Assembly: GCA_028284905.1 (NCBI GenBank)
Contig: JANQQU010000065.1
Location: forward strand, 68,128-132,127
Source of the DNA: Calditrichia bacterium
Lineage (GTDB): Bacteria; Calditrichota; Calditrichia; RBG-13-44-9; J075
Length of the DNA: 64,000 bases
Reading direction: 5' to 3'
Below the pieces are notes generated by a model that worked only from the letters and a program-made list of their open reading frames with translations, searched no databases and was not told the origin of the DNA. Shown here one piece after another: positions 38,232 through 49,214 of this stretch. The translations under genes were made by a program, and so were the position numbers. Every line of letters begins with the position of its first letter. Positions within the stretch are counted from its first letter, which is position 1.

Positions 38232-39244
38232 GCCCCGGCCCCATCCGGTTTTTCCACACTGCTTCTTAAATGACGAAGTGTCAATCCTTCTCTAAACAAA
38301 TAGCCAATGCCCGCTACGGTAATCGGTACGTACTGAGTGATGTTGAAAACCAGCGAACAGCCAACAGCATCCACTTCGCTGAAACCAAAATAACCCATCG
38401 CAAGAATAAATGCAATCTGCGTCGTCCCAAAATGACCCGGCGCTGCCGGTACTGATACACCAAAAGCGAGAAAAACCACTACAACAATTGATACTAACCA
38501 GAGGCTATTTTCTACCGGATTGATATAAGGATACCATTTCAATATGATGTAAATTGTGAAGGCCATATGCAGCCAAATGAGCATCGATTTCCCTACCAGC
38601 GGCAGTAAAATACTGCGATCTTTAAAAACGTTCAGGCCGTGGAGAAAAGTCATAACATGGTCGTGAGTCGCCAGGCGGATTTTTTCCGGCAAACGGTTAA
38701 TCCAATTTATTAACCAAACCCGTAAGCGGCTTTCCGGGGTAGATAGAAGTATCAGGACCAGTATCAACAGAATGGTTGCGAGTCCGATAAGTACGCTAAG
38801 CATTTTATAAGCCGGGTCGATGGGGGCAATTCCGAGCACCAGGATCAACATCGTGATTAAGGCGAAGCTGTCCAGCAGGCGTTCGATGATCACTGTCGCA
38901 AAGGCAGATACGCTGCTAATATTTTCCTTGCGGCCAAGCACATAGGGTTTGATAACTTCCCCGGCGTGTGCCGGTAAAACATTGTTTGCCATAAAGCCGA
39001 TCATGGTACAACTAAAAATCGAGGTGAGGGAAATTTTCTTCAACGGATTCAGCAAAATACGCCAGCGCCAGGCGCGCATCCAGATGGAAAAAACCGCATT
39101 GGCACAACAAATAAACAAGATAAGCCAGCTGATACTGGAAAGGGATTGCCAAAGGTTCTCCCATTCGATATTACGAAAGGCCAGGTATAGTAAGATAAAA
39201 CTGATGAGGAAAGGAATAATCGTTTTGGAGAGGTGCTTTTTCAT
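38228..39244 (-). CDS. Flippase-like / lysylphosphatidylglycerol-synthase TM-region family membrane protein (UPF0104)
   Basis: Eight predicted TM helices; LFICCANAVFSIWMRAWRWRILL...GFMANNVLPAHAGEVIKPYVL is typical of the LPG_synthase_TM family. Confidence 0.65.
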   Translation of the reverse strand: MKKHLSKTIIPFLISFILLYLAFRNIEWENLWQSLSSISWLILFICCANAVFSIWMRAWRWRILLNPLKKISLTSIFSCTMIGFMANNVLPAHAGEVIKPYVLGRKENISSVSAFATVIIERLLDSFALITMLILVLGIAPIDPAYKMLSVLIGLATILLILVLILLSTPESRLRVWLINWINRLPEKIRLATHDHVMTFLHGLNVFKDRSILLPLVGKSMLIWLHMAFTIYIILKWYPYINPVENSLWLVSIVVVVFLAFGVSVPAAPGHFGTTQIAFILAMGYFGFSEVDAVGCSLVFNITQYVPITVAGIGYLFREGLTLRHLRSSVEKPDGAGA

Positions 39245-39421
39245 GAGGGCTATTTACTGATTCTTAATGTTGAGAATTCATATAAACTGCAGATTCCGGA
39301 ACCTTATCGATCTCTAATTTACATAACTTTTAAACGGATGTATCACAAATATTTAGGTTTTTAATGGAAATAGGAAAATATGAAAAATGGAAATGGAGGA
39401 GGGGAATGGTAAGTAATGGTG

Positions 39422-39904
39422 CTAAGGATGCACCTCAGGCATTTCCTGACGATAAATCTCTTCGCCGATTCGGTAGAGACCGCTATCATTTTCCAGCAGG
39501 TAATTGAGGAAAGATTCCCGGTCGGCCGGGGAAATCTGCACTTCATTCTGAATACCACCGGAAGCTTTATATTGAATATGCAGCAGTTGTTGCGACAATG
39601 CCGGCCGGACGCCGCTGGACCATTCACTCTCTTTACTCGCGCGGATATGAACGATATTTTTCAACGGTATTTTCCAACGCAGCGGCCATTGGCGGATGAA
39701 CAAAATATTAGCGGATACTTCATACTGCAGGGAGCTGATGAGAGATTGAAGAAAAAGGCCGGTGAGAATAATGAATCCTGCAACGAATCTACCTGTCAGC
39801 GTATTCATTTCCCAGAACATGTAGGTGCCAAGTGCTATGGTGAATAAACTGCATGCAGTGATGATCGCAATCGGAAGAGTGTCTTTTTTCGGTGGAAAAT
39901 GCAT
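39422..39904 (-). CDS. Membrane-anchored bacterial PH-domain (bPH_2/YdbS-like) protein
   Basis: Two N-terminal TM helices, then YEVSANILFIRQWPLRWKIPLKNIVHIR, typical of bPH_2. Confidence 0.5.
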   Translation of the reverse strand: MHFPPKKDTLPIAIITACSLFTIALGTYMFWEMNTLTGRFVAGFIILTGLFLQSLISSLQYEVSANILFIRQWPLRWKIPLKNIVHIRASKESEWSSGVRPALSQQLLHIQYKASGGIQNEVQISPADRESFLNYLLENDSGLYRIGEEIYRQEMPEVHP

Positions 39905-39995
39905 GGGCTGTCACTGTTTTAAAGTCGCTTAAAATGTTGAGTTACAAATAAGGCTTAGCGGATTCCGCAGTTTTTTTGAAAATTTGTCTGAGTGA

Positions 39996-42900
39996 TTAGG
40001 TATGTTCGACCAGCGTGTCCAGGTTATCCGGGATACTGACGGTAAATGTTGTACCTTTGCCAACTTCGCTCTCTACCTGAATGTCTCCCAGATGATCTTC
40101 ACGGACAATTCGAAAAACGATGGAAAGTCCGAGACCAGTTCCCACGCCGACCCCTTTGGTGGTAAATCCCGGATCAAAAATCTTGCGCAGATTTTCCGGA
40201 GGTATGCCAACGCCAGTGTCAGTAATGGATACGCGCACATTGCCATCTGAATGTGAAGTGCCGATAGTAATCGTTCCTTCCCCATTCATCGCCTGTTTTG
40301 CATTGATCAACAGGTTCAACAATACCTGGTTTAGTTTGCCCGGATAACAGGAGATGAGCGGGATATCGTTCCCGAATTCCTTCTTAACTTCGATGCCATG
40401 TTTGATCTCATGGTGAATAAGTACCAGCGTGTCATCGATGCCTTCATGGATATCCGCGGATTTTAGTTCTGCTTCATCCAGGCGGGCAAAACTGCGCAGT
40501 CGCTTAACGATCGTCGTTACTCTTTCACTGCCGCTGGCGACAACCCGGTTTCCGTCTTCCAGCATTTTCAGAATAGTGGTTAGTTTTCGATTGCTTTCCA
40601 GGCCATCCGGCAATTGCTGATCGAGAATCGCTTTCAGTTTATCAACTGCGCGCACCAATGTATTATGCATACTGCTGATTGCCCCAACCGGAGTGTTGAT
40701 TTCGTGGGCGATTCCAGCGACCAGCATTCCCAGCGCCGCCATCTTTTCCGATTGTACCAGTTGGGATTGCGTTTCCCGTAGGTCCTGATTGGCAGAGGCT
40801 AATTCTGCCGTGCGTTCATCAACCCGCTGCTCCAGCTCTTCCTGATGTTTCTGTAGCGCCTGCTCTGCCTTTTTGCGATTGGTAATATCGCGAACGATCG
40901 CCAGCACTTCATGCGGGCCACTGGTGACAATACGCGCCTCGAAAGAATGAACATGATCATCATGGGGCAGTTCATATTCAAGAATACGTGTTTCCTTGCT
41001 CTGAAGGACTTTGTTGATATTCGCCATCGTTTGTTCAGCAAGCTGCGGCGGTAATGTTTCGGAAACATGTCTGCCGATAACTTTTTCCCGCGGTAGCACC
41101 AGATCGCTCTCCTTCGGTGCCTTGTAGTCCAGGTAAATGCCATCTTTGCTGAGGCGAAACATCAGATCCGGAATGGCATTGAGGAGGGCGGTGTTCTTTA
41201 ATTCACTTTCCAGAAGCGCGGTATTTTTCCGAGCCAATTCGGCGGTTCGTTCCTGCACGCGCTGTTCCAGTTCGTCGTGGGCTTTCTGTAAGGCAGCCTC
41301 GGCGGTTTTTCGCTCGGTAATATCCCGCACAAACCCGATGCGAAAAATAACTGCTTCCTCCTCATCGAGAATGGGGAATGCGGAGAGCTCAACAAAAACA
41401 TGCTCACCTTCTTTTGTGGTGACGGATAACTCTTTGCGTACGGAATAGTTTCCGTGGTCGGGCATCTGTTTCAGCAGATTGGTAAAAACATCTCCGCCAA
41501 TAAACATTTCAGTTGTTTTGCCAACAACCTCTTCCTCCGGATAGCCGAATAAACGAACCCCAGCGGGATTTATTTCCTGAATAACTCCCTGGGGAGATAA
41601 AATGGCTATCGAGTCGTTGGAATTCATAAATATCTTGCGATAGAGGCGCAGGCTCTCTTCATTCTTTTTGATCTCACTAATGTCCTGCAATCCTCCGACA
41701 AGTACCTGCTCACCACCAAGTGTTGTTATCGAGAGAGAAAAACTCATCCAGGTCTCGGTACCATCATAGCCTTTAATTGGTACTTCATAGCCCTGCAATT
41801 TCCCATCCTTGCGGATTTTATCGATAATGATACCGCGATCTTCGGGGTTGCTGTAAAAGTCGGGTGTTTTTTTTCCGATCAGTTCGGAAATTGGCGCGCC
41901 CATCAAGTCTGCCAGGGGCTGATTGATGTAGAGAATTTTACCATCATCCAGGCGGCTGATGATAAATGGTATCGGTGATGCGTCTGCCATTGTTCGCAGC
42001 AAAGCATCCGCTTCTTTCATTTTGGTGATGTCGTTAATGACCCAAATTGCCCCTAGTTCGTTGCCGTCTTTGTCCATTACCGGTGCATTAATCGGGAGAA
42101 TATCCCGTGGCGTCGGGGAAACCATCTGGATTGAATAACGATAAATCTCATGAACATCAATTTCGTTAGACATGCGACCGCGGAGAATTTGTTGTATTCT
42201 TTCAGTATTCTCCTGAAAGGCTTCCGGCGAGGCGAAACAGGATTTTATCTTTTCCAGAAAAAGCGGGTAGGGCAGCTGGATAATTTCTTCCTGCTTAAGA
42301 CCAAAATATTCGTAGACTCTTTTATTGGCAACGTTAATGCGATCGTTTTTATCGACCATGATAATCGTTGCCGGGGAAGCGTCGATAATCGATTGCAGAA
42401 TATCTTTACTTTGGGAGAGCTCACTAAGGATCTGCTGCATTAATTCATTTTTAACTTCCAGCTGTTCCTGCACCTTTAGCATGTCGATATTAGCCATGCC
42501 GAGGGAAATTGCCTTGCGTTCCAGTTCTTCGGTTTTCTCCTTCAGTGTCAGGTTCTTTTGCTCCAGATGCCGGGTATGCAACCGCAATTCGTTTTCCAGG
42601 CCTTCCATGCGCTGCTGCTCTTTGCCACCGTCGTTTTTTTCTGCTTCAATCGCCAGTAAATCCCGAACAGTATTTCGCAGCGCTTTTTCATCAAGGGGCT
42701 TTTCCAGCAAAGCATCAACACCATTGCGGGCAGCACTAAAAGCTAACTGTGGTGAGCAGGGAGCGGTTACCAGTAACATCGGCAGGGAAGAGAAATGAAT
42801 GCGAATTTGCCGGAGGTCTTGCCAGTTCATCTCGGCGTGTAAATCGATGGCGCAAATTACCAAATCTCCATTATGCGATGCTGGCAAACTTTCACTATCA

Positions 42901-43004
42901 CCGAGCGGAATAATTTCCAATTGCCGGTCATTAAAGGCAGCGGATAAAACCTCCCGGTCTTTGGCGGTTTCATTAAAATAGAAAATCTTAAGCGGGTTCA
43001 TCAA
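39996..43004 (-). CDS. Multi-PAS sensor histidine kinase with an N-terminal receiver-like domain
   Basis: N-terminal REC-like fold (DLVICAIDL, LLVTA, EKP) but with an FNE acidic pocket instead of the usual DD. Coiled coil, at least 4 PAS-like segments, H-box IAHEINTPV, HATPase_c ITDTGVGI...GTGLGLSI. Confidence 0.85.
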   Translation of the reverse strand: MMNPLKIFYFNETAKDREVLSAAFNDRQLEIIPLGDSESLPASHNGDLVICAIDLHAEMNWQDLRQIRIHFSSLPMLLVTAPCSPQLAFSAARNGVDALLEKPLDEKALRNTVRDLLAIEAEKNDGGKEQQRMEGLENELRLHTRHLEQKNLTLKEKTEELERKAISLGMANIDMLKVQEQLEVKNELMQQILSELSQSKDILQSIIDASPATIIMVDKNDRINVANKRVYEYFGLKQEEIIQLPYPLFLEKIKSCFASPEAFQENTERIQQILRGRMSNEIDVHEIYRYSIQMVSPTPRDILPINAPVMDKDGNELGAIWVINDITKMKEADALLRTMADASPIPFIISRLDDGKILYINQPLADLMGAPISELIGKKTPDFYSNPEDRGIIIDKIRKDGKLQGYEVPIKGYDGTETWMSFSLSITTLGGEQVLVGGLQDISEIKKNEESLRLYRKIFMNSNDSIAILSPQGVIQEINPAGVRLFGYPEEEVVGKTTEMFIGGDVFTNLLKQMPDHGNYSVRKELSVTTKEGEHVFVELSAFPILDEEEAVIFRIGFVRDITERKTAEAALQKAHDELEQRVQERTAELARKNTALLESELKNTALLNAIPDLMFRLSKDGIYLDYKAPKESDLVLPREKVIGRHVSETLPPQLAEQTMANINKVLQSKETRILEYELPHDDHVHSFEARIVTSGPHEVLAIVRDITNRKKAEQALQKHQEELEQRVDERTAELASANQDLRETQSQLVQSEKMAALGMLVAGIAHEINTPVGAISSMHNTLVRAVDKLKAILDQQLPDGLESNRKLTTILKMLEDGNRVVASGSERVTTIVKRLRSFARLDEAELKSADIHEGIDDTLVLIHHEIKHGIEVKKEFGNDIPLISCYPGKLNQVLLNLLINAKQAMNGEGTITIGTSHSDGNVRVSITDTGVGIPPENLRKIFDPGFTTKGVGVGTGLGLSIVFRIVREDHLGDIQVESEVGKGTTFTVSIPDNLDTLVEHT

Positions 43005-43179
43005 ATTTTCCCGGTTTGCTGGATAATTGTGTGACGAGAATCGCCGAAATACTCGGCAGAAACCAATTTAAATCGGGATAAGGATAAATGCAATGCATAT
43101 CGCTGTAAGAGCAGCGATCTATTGGGGAATCTGGATAGGGAATAGGATTAATTTTATAAATTCTAAAATATTTTTATCT

Positions 43180-43926
43180 TCAATTTAGCAATTGTTGCAT
43201 CTTCTGATAACGATCCAGCAGCTCTGATTCGAAATAAACCAGATCTTCCAGAATGGAGAGCACCGAACCGGTGCCGTCATAAAGACGGTCCAGTATTTTC
43301 GAGACCGTTGCGTTGTGACTGTTTTCGAGACGATTGATTTCCGACCAGCGGGCGACGATTTCATAGTCCATATGGACCAGCACTTGCATTCCGCGGGCGA
43401 TTTCCCAGGAAAGATTACGGATACCGGCCGATTGCAAACGAATGCCACCTTCCCCATAAATATTGAAGAAGTTACCTTCCACCTGCGCCTTTGCAATCAA
43501 CTTTCCAAAGCGCAGAAAAAATTTTTCCCGGGAAATTTTCATGACCTCGAAATTTTCCGGCACAGGAATTTCCATAGTGATAAATTTGCGAGAAAGTGCT
43601 TCACGTAACTGATTGATATTTCCGAGGTTCAGTGGCTCCTCATTCATATCTATGCTCATCAGTCTCCGCCCACCATCCCGAATTTCCTTCACGAGGGTTT
43701 GATGGTAATCGTAGGCGCGTTGTACTTCCAGCAGATTCGCATCGATTTCTTCCGTCAATGTTGCCTTAACCCGTTCAACAACCGCAGCTGTTTTCTGACT
43801 TTCCCGCCAATTATTGACTGCCAGTGCGAGCAAAACGCTAAGCACAATCGCGGTTACCTCAATCAGCAAATCGCTGATCCGCGAATTAAAAAATTGTTTG
43901 AACGATTTCAAGCGGTTTCCAATCAT
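43180..43926 (-). CDS. Hypothetical single-pass membrane protein
   Basis: TM helix LLIEVTAIVLSVLLALAV, then a helical soluble region with no recognised motif. First gene upstream of the large histidine kinase. Confidence 0.4.
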   Translation of the reverse strand: MIGNRLKSFKQFFNSRISDLLIEVTAIVLSVLLALAVNNWRESQKTAAVVERVKATLTEEIDANLLEVQRAYDYHQTLVKEIRDGGRRLMSIDMNEEPLNLGNINQLREALSRKFITMEIPVPENFEVMKISREKFFLRFGKLIAKAQVEGNFFNIYGEGGIRLQSAGIRNLSWEIARGMQVLVHMDYEIVARWSEINRLENSHNATVSKILDRLYDGTGSVLSILEDLVYFESELLDRYQKMQQLLN

Positions 43927-44075
43927 ATCATCGGCCCATAAATGTCAGGTTCATTTTTGTCGCAGGTTAACCAATCGGTCATCAAATCAATTTGTTATTT
44001 CAGCACAATGGCTAATAACAGCAGCAGCCCTGCAAGGGCGATCCAAAATAGCCCGGGACGCTAGTCCCGGGCGGG

Positions 44076-45476
44076 TTATAGTCGATATCCGTTTTTTACC
44101 AAATCATAGGTTAATTCCCGGGCCATGCGATGCGCATCGTCAATATCGATAATATGCCGGGCGACCTGCCCCGCCAGGAAGTTGCAATCGATACGCCGGG
44201 CGAGATCGTGCCGGGCAGGGATAGAGGGAAAAGCGCGGGTATCATCGTTAAAACCAACGGTGTTGTAAATGCCGGCTGTTTCCGTTACCCGCTGCCGAAA
44301 GCGAGTCATTCCTTCTACGCTATCATGGAACCACCAGGGCGGGCCAAGTAATAATGCCGGGTAATGCCCGGCCAGCGGGGCGAGCTCCCGGGAATAAGTG
44401 CTTTCGTCCAGCGTAAAAATAATCAGTCGGAAATTGGGGTGATTGCCATAGTTGTTTAGCAGGGCATGGAGGTTTCGGGTGTATTCGGTTTGCATGGGAA
44501 TATCACACCCTTTATCCCGGCCAAAGCGCTGAGTGATGAATTGATTATGCCCGCGAAAAGAACCGGCATGGATTTGCATCACCAGTCCGTCCTCGCAGCT
44601 CATTCGGGCCATTTCCATCAGCATGTGCGCTGTAAAATTGACGGCATCTGTCGCGGTTGCCTTGCCTCCCAGCGCCCGTTGGAAAAGCTGCTCTGCCTCA
44701 TTGTCGCTCAACCGCTGCGTAAAAGGGCTTTCTACGCCATGATCACTGGATACCGCACCCATTTCCCTAAAGAAGCTGCGTTGAAGCTCCAGGGCGCGAA
44801 TAAAACCGCTGTAGCTATGAATGGCAATGCCAGTCACGTCAGAAAGTTTGTTGATATTCTCCTGCCACTCCGGCTGGGTAAAATCGATAACGCCATCCGG
44901 ACGAAAGCAGGGGATGATCCGCCCGTTCCAGTCGGATTCGCGAATTTGGCGATGTGCTGCCAGCGTCGATTCTGCCGGATCGGTTGTTGTTAAAACTTCG
45001 ATATTAAAGCGATCGAACATCGCTCGCGGTAAAAAATCCGGCTGCGCCAATTTGCTTGCAATCTGATCATAAATGCGCTGAGCGGTATCGCTGTTGAATT
45101 TCTCTTCAACGCCAAATACCTCAGTAAATTCATGATCCAGCCAGGCACCGGTAGGCGTGCCGGCAAACAGGTAATAGTGATCAGCAAAAATTTGCCAACT
45201 TGCCCGTCGGTCATCGGTTGTTTTCGTACCGTCCCGAGTCGGAATTCCCAGTGCTTCCAGAGAAATTCCCTGCGAATAGAGCATGCGAAAAATATAATGG
45301 TCGGGAATCAGGATTAATTCTGTCGGATCGGGAAATGGCTGATTGTCGCTAAACCAACTCGGCTCGGTATGTCCATGCGGACTGACGATGGGCAGATTTT
45401 TGATGCCATCATATAGTTCGCTGGCGATTTTGCGAACCGTTGGTTCCGGATCAAAAAAACGATGGGGATTGAGCAT
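44076..45476 (-). CDS. uxaC: Glucuronate isomerase
   Basis: FFDPEPTVRKIASELYDGIKNLPIVSPHGHTEP is collinear with the UxaC N-terminus (TIM barrel with the HxH motif). 466 aa. Confidence 0.85.
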   Translation of the reverse strand: MLNPHRFFDPEPTVRKIASELYDGIKNLPIVSPHGHTEPSWFSDNQPFPDPTELILIPDHYIFRMLYSQGISLEALGIPTRDGTKTTDDRRASWQIFADHYYLFAGTPTGAWLDHEFTEVFGVEEKFNSDTAQRIYDQIASKLAQPDFLPRAMFDRFNIEVLTTTDPAESTLAAHRQIRESDWNGRIIPCFRPDGVIDFTQPEWQENINKLSDVTGIAIHSYSGFIRALELQRSFFREMGAVSSDHGVESPFTQRLSDNEAEQLFQRALGGKATATDAVNFTAHMLMEMARMSCEDGLVMQIHAGSFRGHNQFITQRFGRDKGCDIPMQTEYTRNLHALLNNYGNHPNFRLIIFTLDESTYSRELAPLAGHYPALLLGPPWWFHDSVEGMTRFRQRVTETAGIYNTVGFNDDTRAFPSIPARHDLARRIDCNFLAGQVARHIIDIDDAHRMARELTYDLVKNGYRL

Positions 45477-45807
45477 ATTGAATTCTTTGGCATATTTAAT
45501 ACAAATGAATAATCAGCAACAGTGCTTCCTGGTTAAATGTTGAGATGGTTAAACCACTGTTACTGTTTTTCGCAAATCAGAATTGAGATTCTAAAGAAAA
45601 TGTTCGGGTATTTTTATATCCTTTAGCGCTGGCAATTTAGTGCGTCCACATTTAACAAGCAATTTTATTGACAGTAGTATGAAATATTTGTCAGAAAACG
45701 GCGATTGTATTATACTTCACTCATGATTTTTATGTCACTCGTTTAGACGAATTCCCGGAGCGATAAACCTCACAAGCTAGCTGCACGAAACCGTATGGAC
45801 TCAGAAA

Positions 45808-48135
45808 ATGGATCAGAATATTTCACCCCCGCAACCACCAGATTCTACTTCCTTACCCGCATATCGAAATCCTCAATTGTCTATCTCCGATAGAGTCGCG
45901 GATTTACTTGCCCGAATGACCCTGGAAGAAAAAATTGGGCAAATGCTCTGCATCTGGGATGAAAGAGCGGCGATGATGTTCGATGAGGATGGCACTCCGA
46001 ATTTTGCAAAAATGAAATCCCATTTGGGAAATGGGATTGGCCAAATTGCCCGGATTAGTGATATACAGGGAGGATTGGGCCCTCGCGAAATGGCCGAGTT
46101 GAGTAATCGGCTCCAATCTTTTTTTATCGAGGAAACCCGCTTGGGAATTCCAGTCATCTTTCACGAGGAATGTTTGCATGGCCTGGCTGCGAGGGATGCA
46201 ACCAGCTATCCCCAGCCGATCGGTCTGGCGGCAACCTTTAATCCGGCATTGATAGAAAACATCTATACAGCGATTGCGGAAGATACCCGCCTGCGGGGCG
46301 CGCATCAGGCCTTGACGCCAGTGCTGGATGTCGCGCGGGACGCTCGCTGGGGGCGGGTAGAAGAGACTTTTGGGGAAGATCCCTATCTGGTGTCGCAAAT
46401 GGCGATCGCTGCTGTGAAAGGTTTTCAGGGAGATGGCAGCTACCAGGGACAACCGCGGGTATTGGCAACACTAAAACATTTTGCGGCACATGGTGCACCG
46501 GAATCCGGCACGAATTGCGGCCCGGTGAATGTATCTGAGCGGGAGTTGCGGGACGTCTTTCTACAGCCTTTTAAAACGGTGATAGAAAAATCCCAGCCGG
46601 CGAGTATCATGGCCTCCTATAACGAAATCGATGGCATTCCTTCCCACGCCAATCAATGGCTGCTACGAACAGTACTGCGAGATGAATGGGGCTTTGCAGG
46701 ATTCATCGTCTCGGATTATTTTGCGATAACCGAGCTGTTCCACAAGGAAGAAACCGTCAGTCACCGGGTTGCCCGGGATAAGCGGGAAGCAGCCCGGCTC
46801 GCTCTGAAGGCCGGCGTTAATATCGAATTGCCGGACCCTTCCAGCTATCCGCACCTGTCAGAATTAGTCCGAAGCGGGGAAGTGCAAGAAAGCGAAATAG
46901 ATGCCTTGGTTGCGGTAATGCTCGGGTATAAGTTTAAGTTGGGACTGTTCGACTCTCCTTATGTTGATCCGGATAAAATAGATAATGAGAAAAAGCTCGC
47001 AGAAGACCGGCCGTTGGCATTGCAGGCGGCAGAGGAAACCATAACGCTGCTCAAGAATGACGACGATCTGCTGCCATTGAGTGCAGAAAAAATCCAGACG
47101 CTCGCAGTTATCGGTCCAAATGCCGATCGGGTACTGCTCGGTGGGTATAGCGGCATTCCGAAGTATTATACCTCGGTTTTAGCGGGGATTAAGAAAAAGG
47201 TTGGGGAAAAGATTAAAGTGCATTATAGCGAGGGCTGCAAAATAACCGTTGGCGGCTCCTGGAATGATGATGAAGTGATTTTCTCCGATCCGGAAGCCGA
47301 TCGACAATCGATTAAGGCCGCAGTTGCTGTTGCGGAAAAAGCGGATGTTGTTATTCTCGCATTAGGTGGAAACGAACAAACCTCCCGGGAAGCCTGGGGG
47401 AAAGCGCACATGGGGGACCGCCCCAGTCTGGCATTGATCGGCCGGCAAAATGAGCTGGTAGCAGCAATTTGCGCAACCGGAAAACCGGTCGTTATATTGC
47501 TCTTCAATGGGCGGCCATTGGCTATAAATGCAATTGCCGCCGATGTGCCGGCAATTCTCGAATGTTGGTATTTGGGGCAGGAAACCGGCGATGCAGTCGC
47601 CAATGTTTTGTTTGGCGATGCGAATCCTTCCGGTAAGTTGCCGATCTCATTCCCCCGTTCGGCCGGGCACATTCCCTGTTTTTACAATCACAAGCCGTCT
47701 GCCCGCCGCGGATATCTTCAGGATGACGTTCGCCCGCTTTATCCTTTCGGCTTTGGCCTCAGCTATACAACATTTGAGATGAGCAACTTACGCCTGGAAG
47801 AAACGAGGATTTCTTCCACTGCTACCACAGAAGCATTCATAGATTTGGAAAACACCGGCACCCGCAGTGGACAAGCTGTCGTCCAGCTTTATATCCGCGA
47901 TATGGTCAGCTCGGTGACCCGCCCGGTGAAGGAGTTAAAAGGGTTTAGAAAAGTTTTACTTCAACCGGGCGAAAAAATTACGGTTGCTTTATCCATCGGC
48001 CCGGAAGAACTGGCTTTTACCAATATCGATAAAGAGTATATTGTCGAGGCAGGAGATTTTGAGATTATGGTGGGCAGTTCTTCCCGGGATGAGGATTTAC
48101 AAAAAGTGCGTTTACATGTCCACGAAGGAGAATAA
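45808..48135 (+). CDS. Glycoside hydrolase family 3 beta-glucosidase (BglX-like)
   Basis: GH3 N-terminal barrel (RLGIPVIFHEE, KHFAAHG) and nucleophile region GFIVSDY. C-terminal alpha/beta and FnIII-like domains. 775 aa. Confidence 0.9.
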   Translation: MDQNISPPQPPDSTSLPAYRNPQLSISDRVADLLARMTLEEKIGQMLCIWDERAAMMFDEDGTPNFAKMKSHLGNGIGQIARISDIQGGLGPREMAELSNRLQSFFIEETRLGIPVIFHEECLHGLAARDATSYPQPIGLAATFNPALIENIYTAIAEDTRLRGAHQALTPVLDVARDARWGRVEETFGEDPYLVSQMAIAAVKGFQGDGSYQGQPRVLATLKHFAAHGAPESGTNCGPVNVSERELRDVFLQPFKTVIEKSQPASIMASYNEIDGIPSHANQWLLRTVLRDEWGFAGFIVSDYFAITELFHKEETVSHRVARDKREAARLALKAGVNIELPDPSSYPHLSELVRSGEVQESEIDALVAVMLGYKFKLGLFDSPYVDPDKIDNEKKLAEDRPLALQAAEETITLLKNDDDLLPLSAEKIQTLAVIGPNADRVLLGGYSGIPKYYTSVLAGIKKKVGEKIKVHYSEGCKITVGGSWNDDEVIFSDPEADRQSIKAAVAVAEKADVVILALGGNEQTSREAWGKAHMGDRPSLALIGRQNELVAAICATGKPVVILLFNGRPLAINAIAADVPAILECWYLGQETGDAVANVLFGDANPSGKLPISFPRSAGHIPCFYNHKPSARRGYLQDDVRPLYPFGFGLSYTTFEMSNLRLEETRISSTATTEAFIDLENTGTRSGQAVVQLYIRDMVSSVTRPVKELKGFRKVLLQPGEKITVALSIGPEELAFTNIDKEYIVEAGDFEIMVGSSSRDEDLQKVRLHVHEGE

Positions 48136-48164
48136 TAAGTCTGTTAACCAATGGGAGAGATTCT

Positions 48165-49181
48165 ATGAAAAAAATTATCTTATTCTTCTGCATCTGTCTG
48201 CTAGCTTTGCCAGCAGCTTATGGGGAAGAGGGCAAGCGGAAAATAATCGGTACTATTTATCGGGATGCCCCGGCGATTAATTCCCTCATTCCCGAAGATG
48301 CGGTGATTGAAGTACTGGCGGAAGGATTTGACTGGAGTGAAGGGCCGGTCTGGCTAAAGGAGAGCAATCGTTTGCTCTTTAACGATATCCCCCCGAATAC
48401 GACCTATCAATGGAGTGAAGTTGACGGATTGCAAATCTACCTGCGCCCGGCCGGATATGCGATTGGGGATAATCCTCCCGGGAGAGAATTGGGTAGCAAC
48501 GGTCTCTTTATCCATCCGCAAAGCGGAGCGCTGGTTTTTTGTGATCATGGCAATCGTTGTGTGGCAATGCTGAATACAGAAAACTGGACGAAATCTGTTA
48601 TCGTCGATAAATTTGAAGGGAAGAGGCTGAATAGCCCGAATGATATCGTCATCAGCAATGCCGGGCATTATTATTTTACAGATCCGCCATATGGCTTAAC
48701 AGGGCCAGATTATCCCGGGAAAGAAATAGATTTTTCCGGTGTCTATCATCTTTCTCCGGGGGGAGAAATGCGCCTGGTAACGAAAGAATTGTATCGACCG
48801 AACGGGATTGGTCTTTCCCCGGACGAAAAGACGCTCTATGTCGCTAATTCCGGGAAAAAGCGCATTTGGATGGCCTTTGATGTCGCCGATGACGGCAGCA
48901 CCAGCAACGGGCGAATTTTCCATGATGCCACGCAATTTGACAAGTATGGAGTTTCCGGCAACTGCGACGGATTAGCTGTTGATAGTGAAGGGAATGTTTG
49001 GGCGACGGGCCCGGGCGGAGTGATGGTTTTTACCCCGGAAGGAAGGCACCTCGGCAGTATTGATACCGGCACGCATGTCTCTAATTGCACTTTCGGGGGA
49101 GCGGATGGTATGGAGCTTTACATTACCTCAGATATGTATCTTTGCCGGGTACGGGTGAATGTAAAAGGAAGTGGGTTTTAA
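48165..49181 (+). CDS. SMP-30/gluconolactonase/LRE-family protein (secreted)
   Basis: Signal peptide; EGFDWSEGPVW...NSPNDIV...RPNGIG...DGLAVDSEGNVWAT are the six-bladed propeller motifs of gluconolactonases. Confidence 0.8.
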   Translation: MKKIILFFCICLLALPAAYGEEGKRKIIGTIYRDAPAINSLIPEDAVIEVLAEGFDWSEGPVWLKESNRLLFNDIPPNTTYQWSEVDGLQIYLRPAGYAIGDNPPGRELGSNGLFIHPQSGALVFCDHGNRCVAMLNTENWTKSVIVDKFEGKRLNSPNDIVISNAGHYYFTDPPYGLTGPDYPGKEIDFSGVYHLSPGGEMRLVTKELYRPNGIGLSPDEKTLYVANSGKKRIWMAFDVADDGSTSNGRIFHDATQFDKYGVSGNCDGLAVDSEGNVWATGPGGVMVFTPEGRHLGSIDTGTHVSNCTFGGADGMELYITSDMYLCRVRVNVKGSGF

Positions 49182-49214
49182 AATCTGTAAACAATAACAT
49201 ATAAAGCTTTTGAA

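Noticed and set aside
43927-44075. Regulatory element between uxaC and the downstream hypothetical gene
   Set aside because: It contains just a GC hairpin (cccgggacgctagtcccggg) consistent with an ordinary intrinsic terminator for uxaC. Nothing beyond that.
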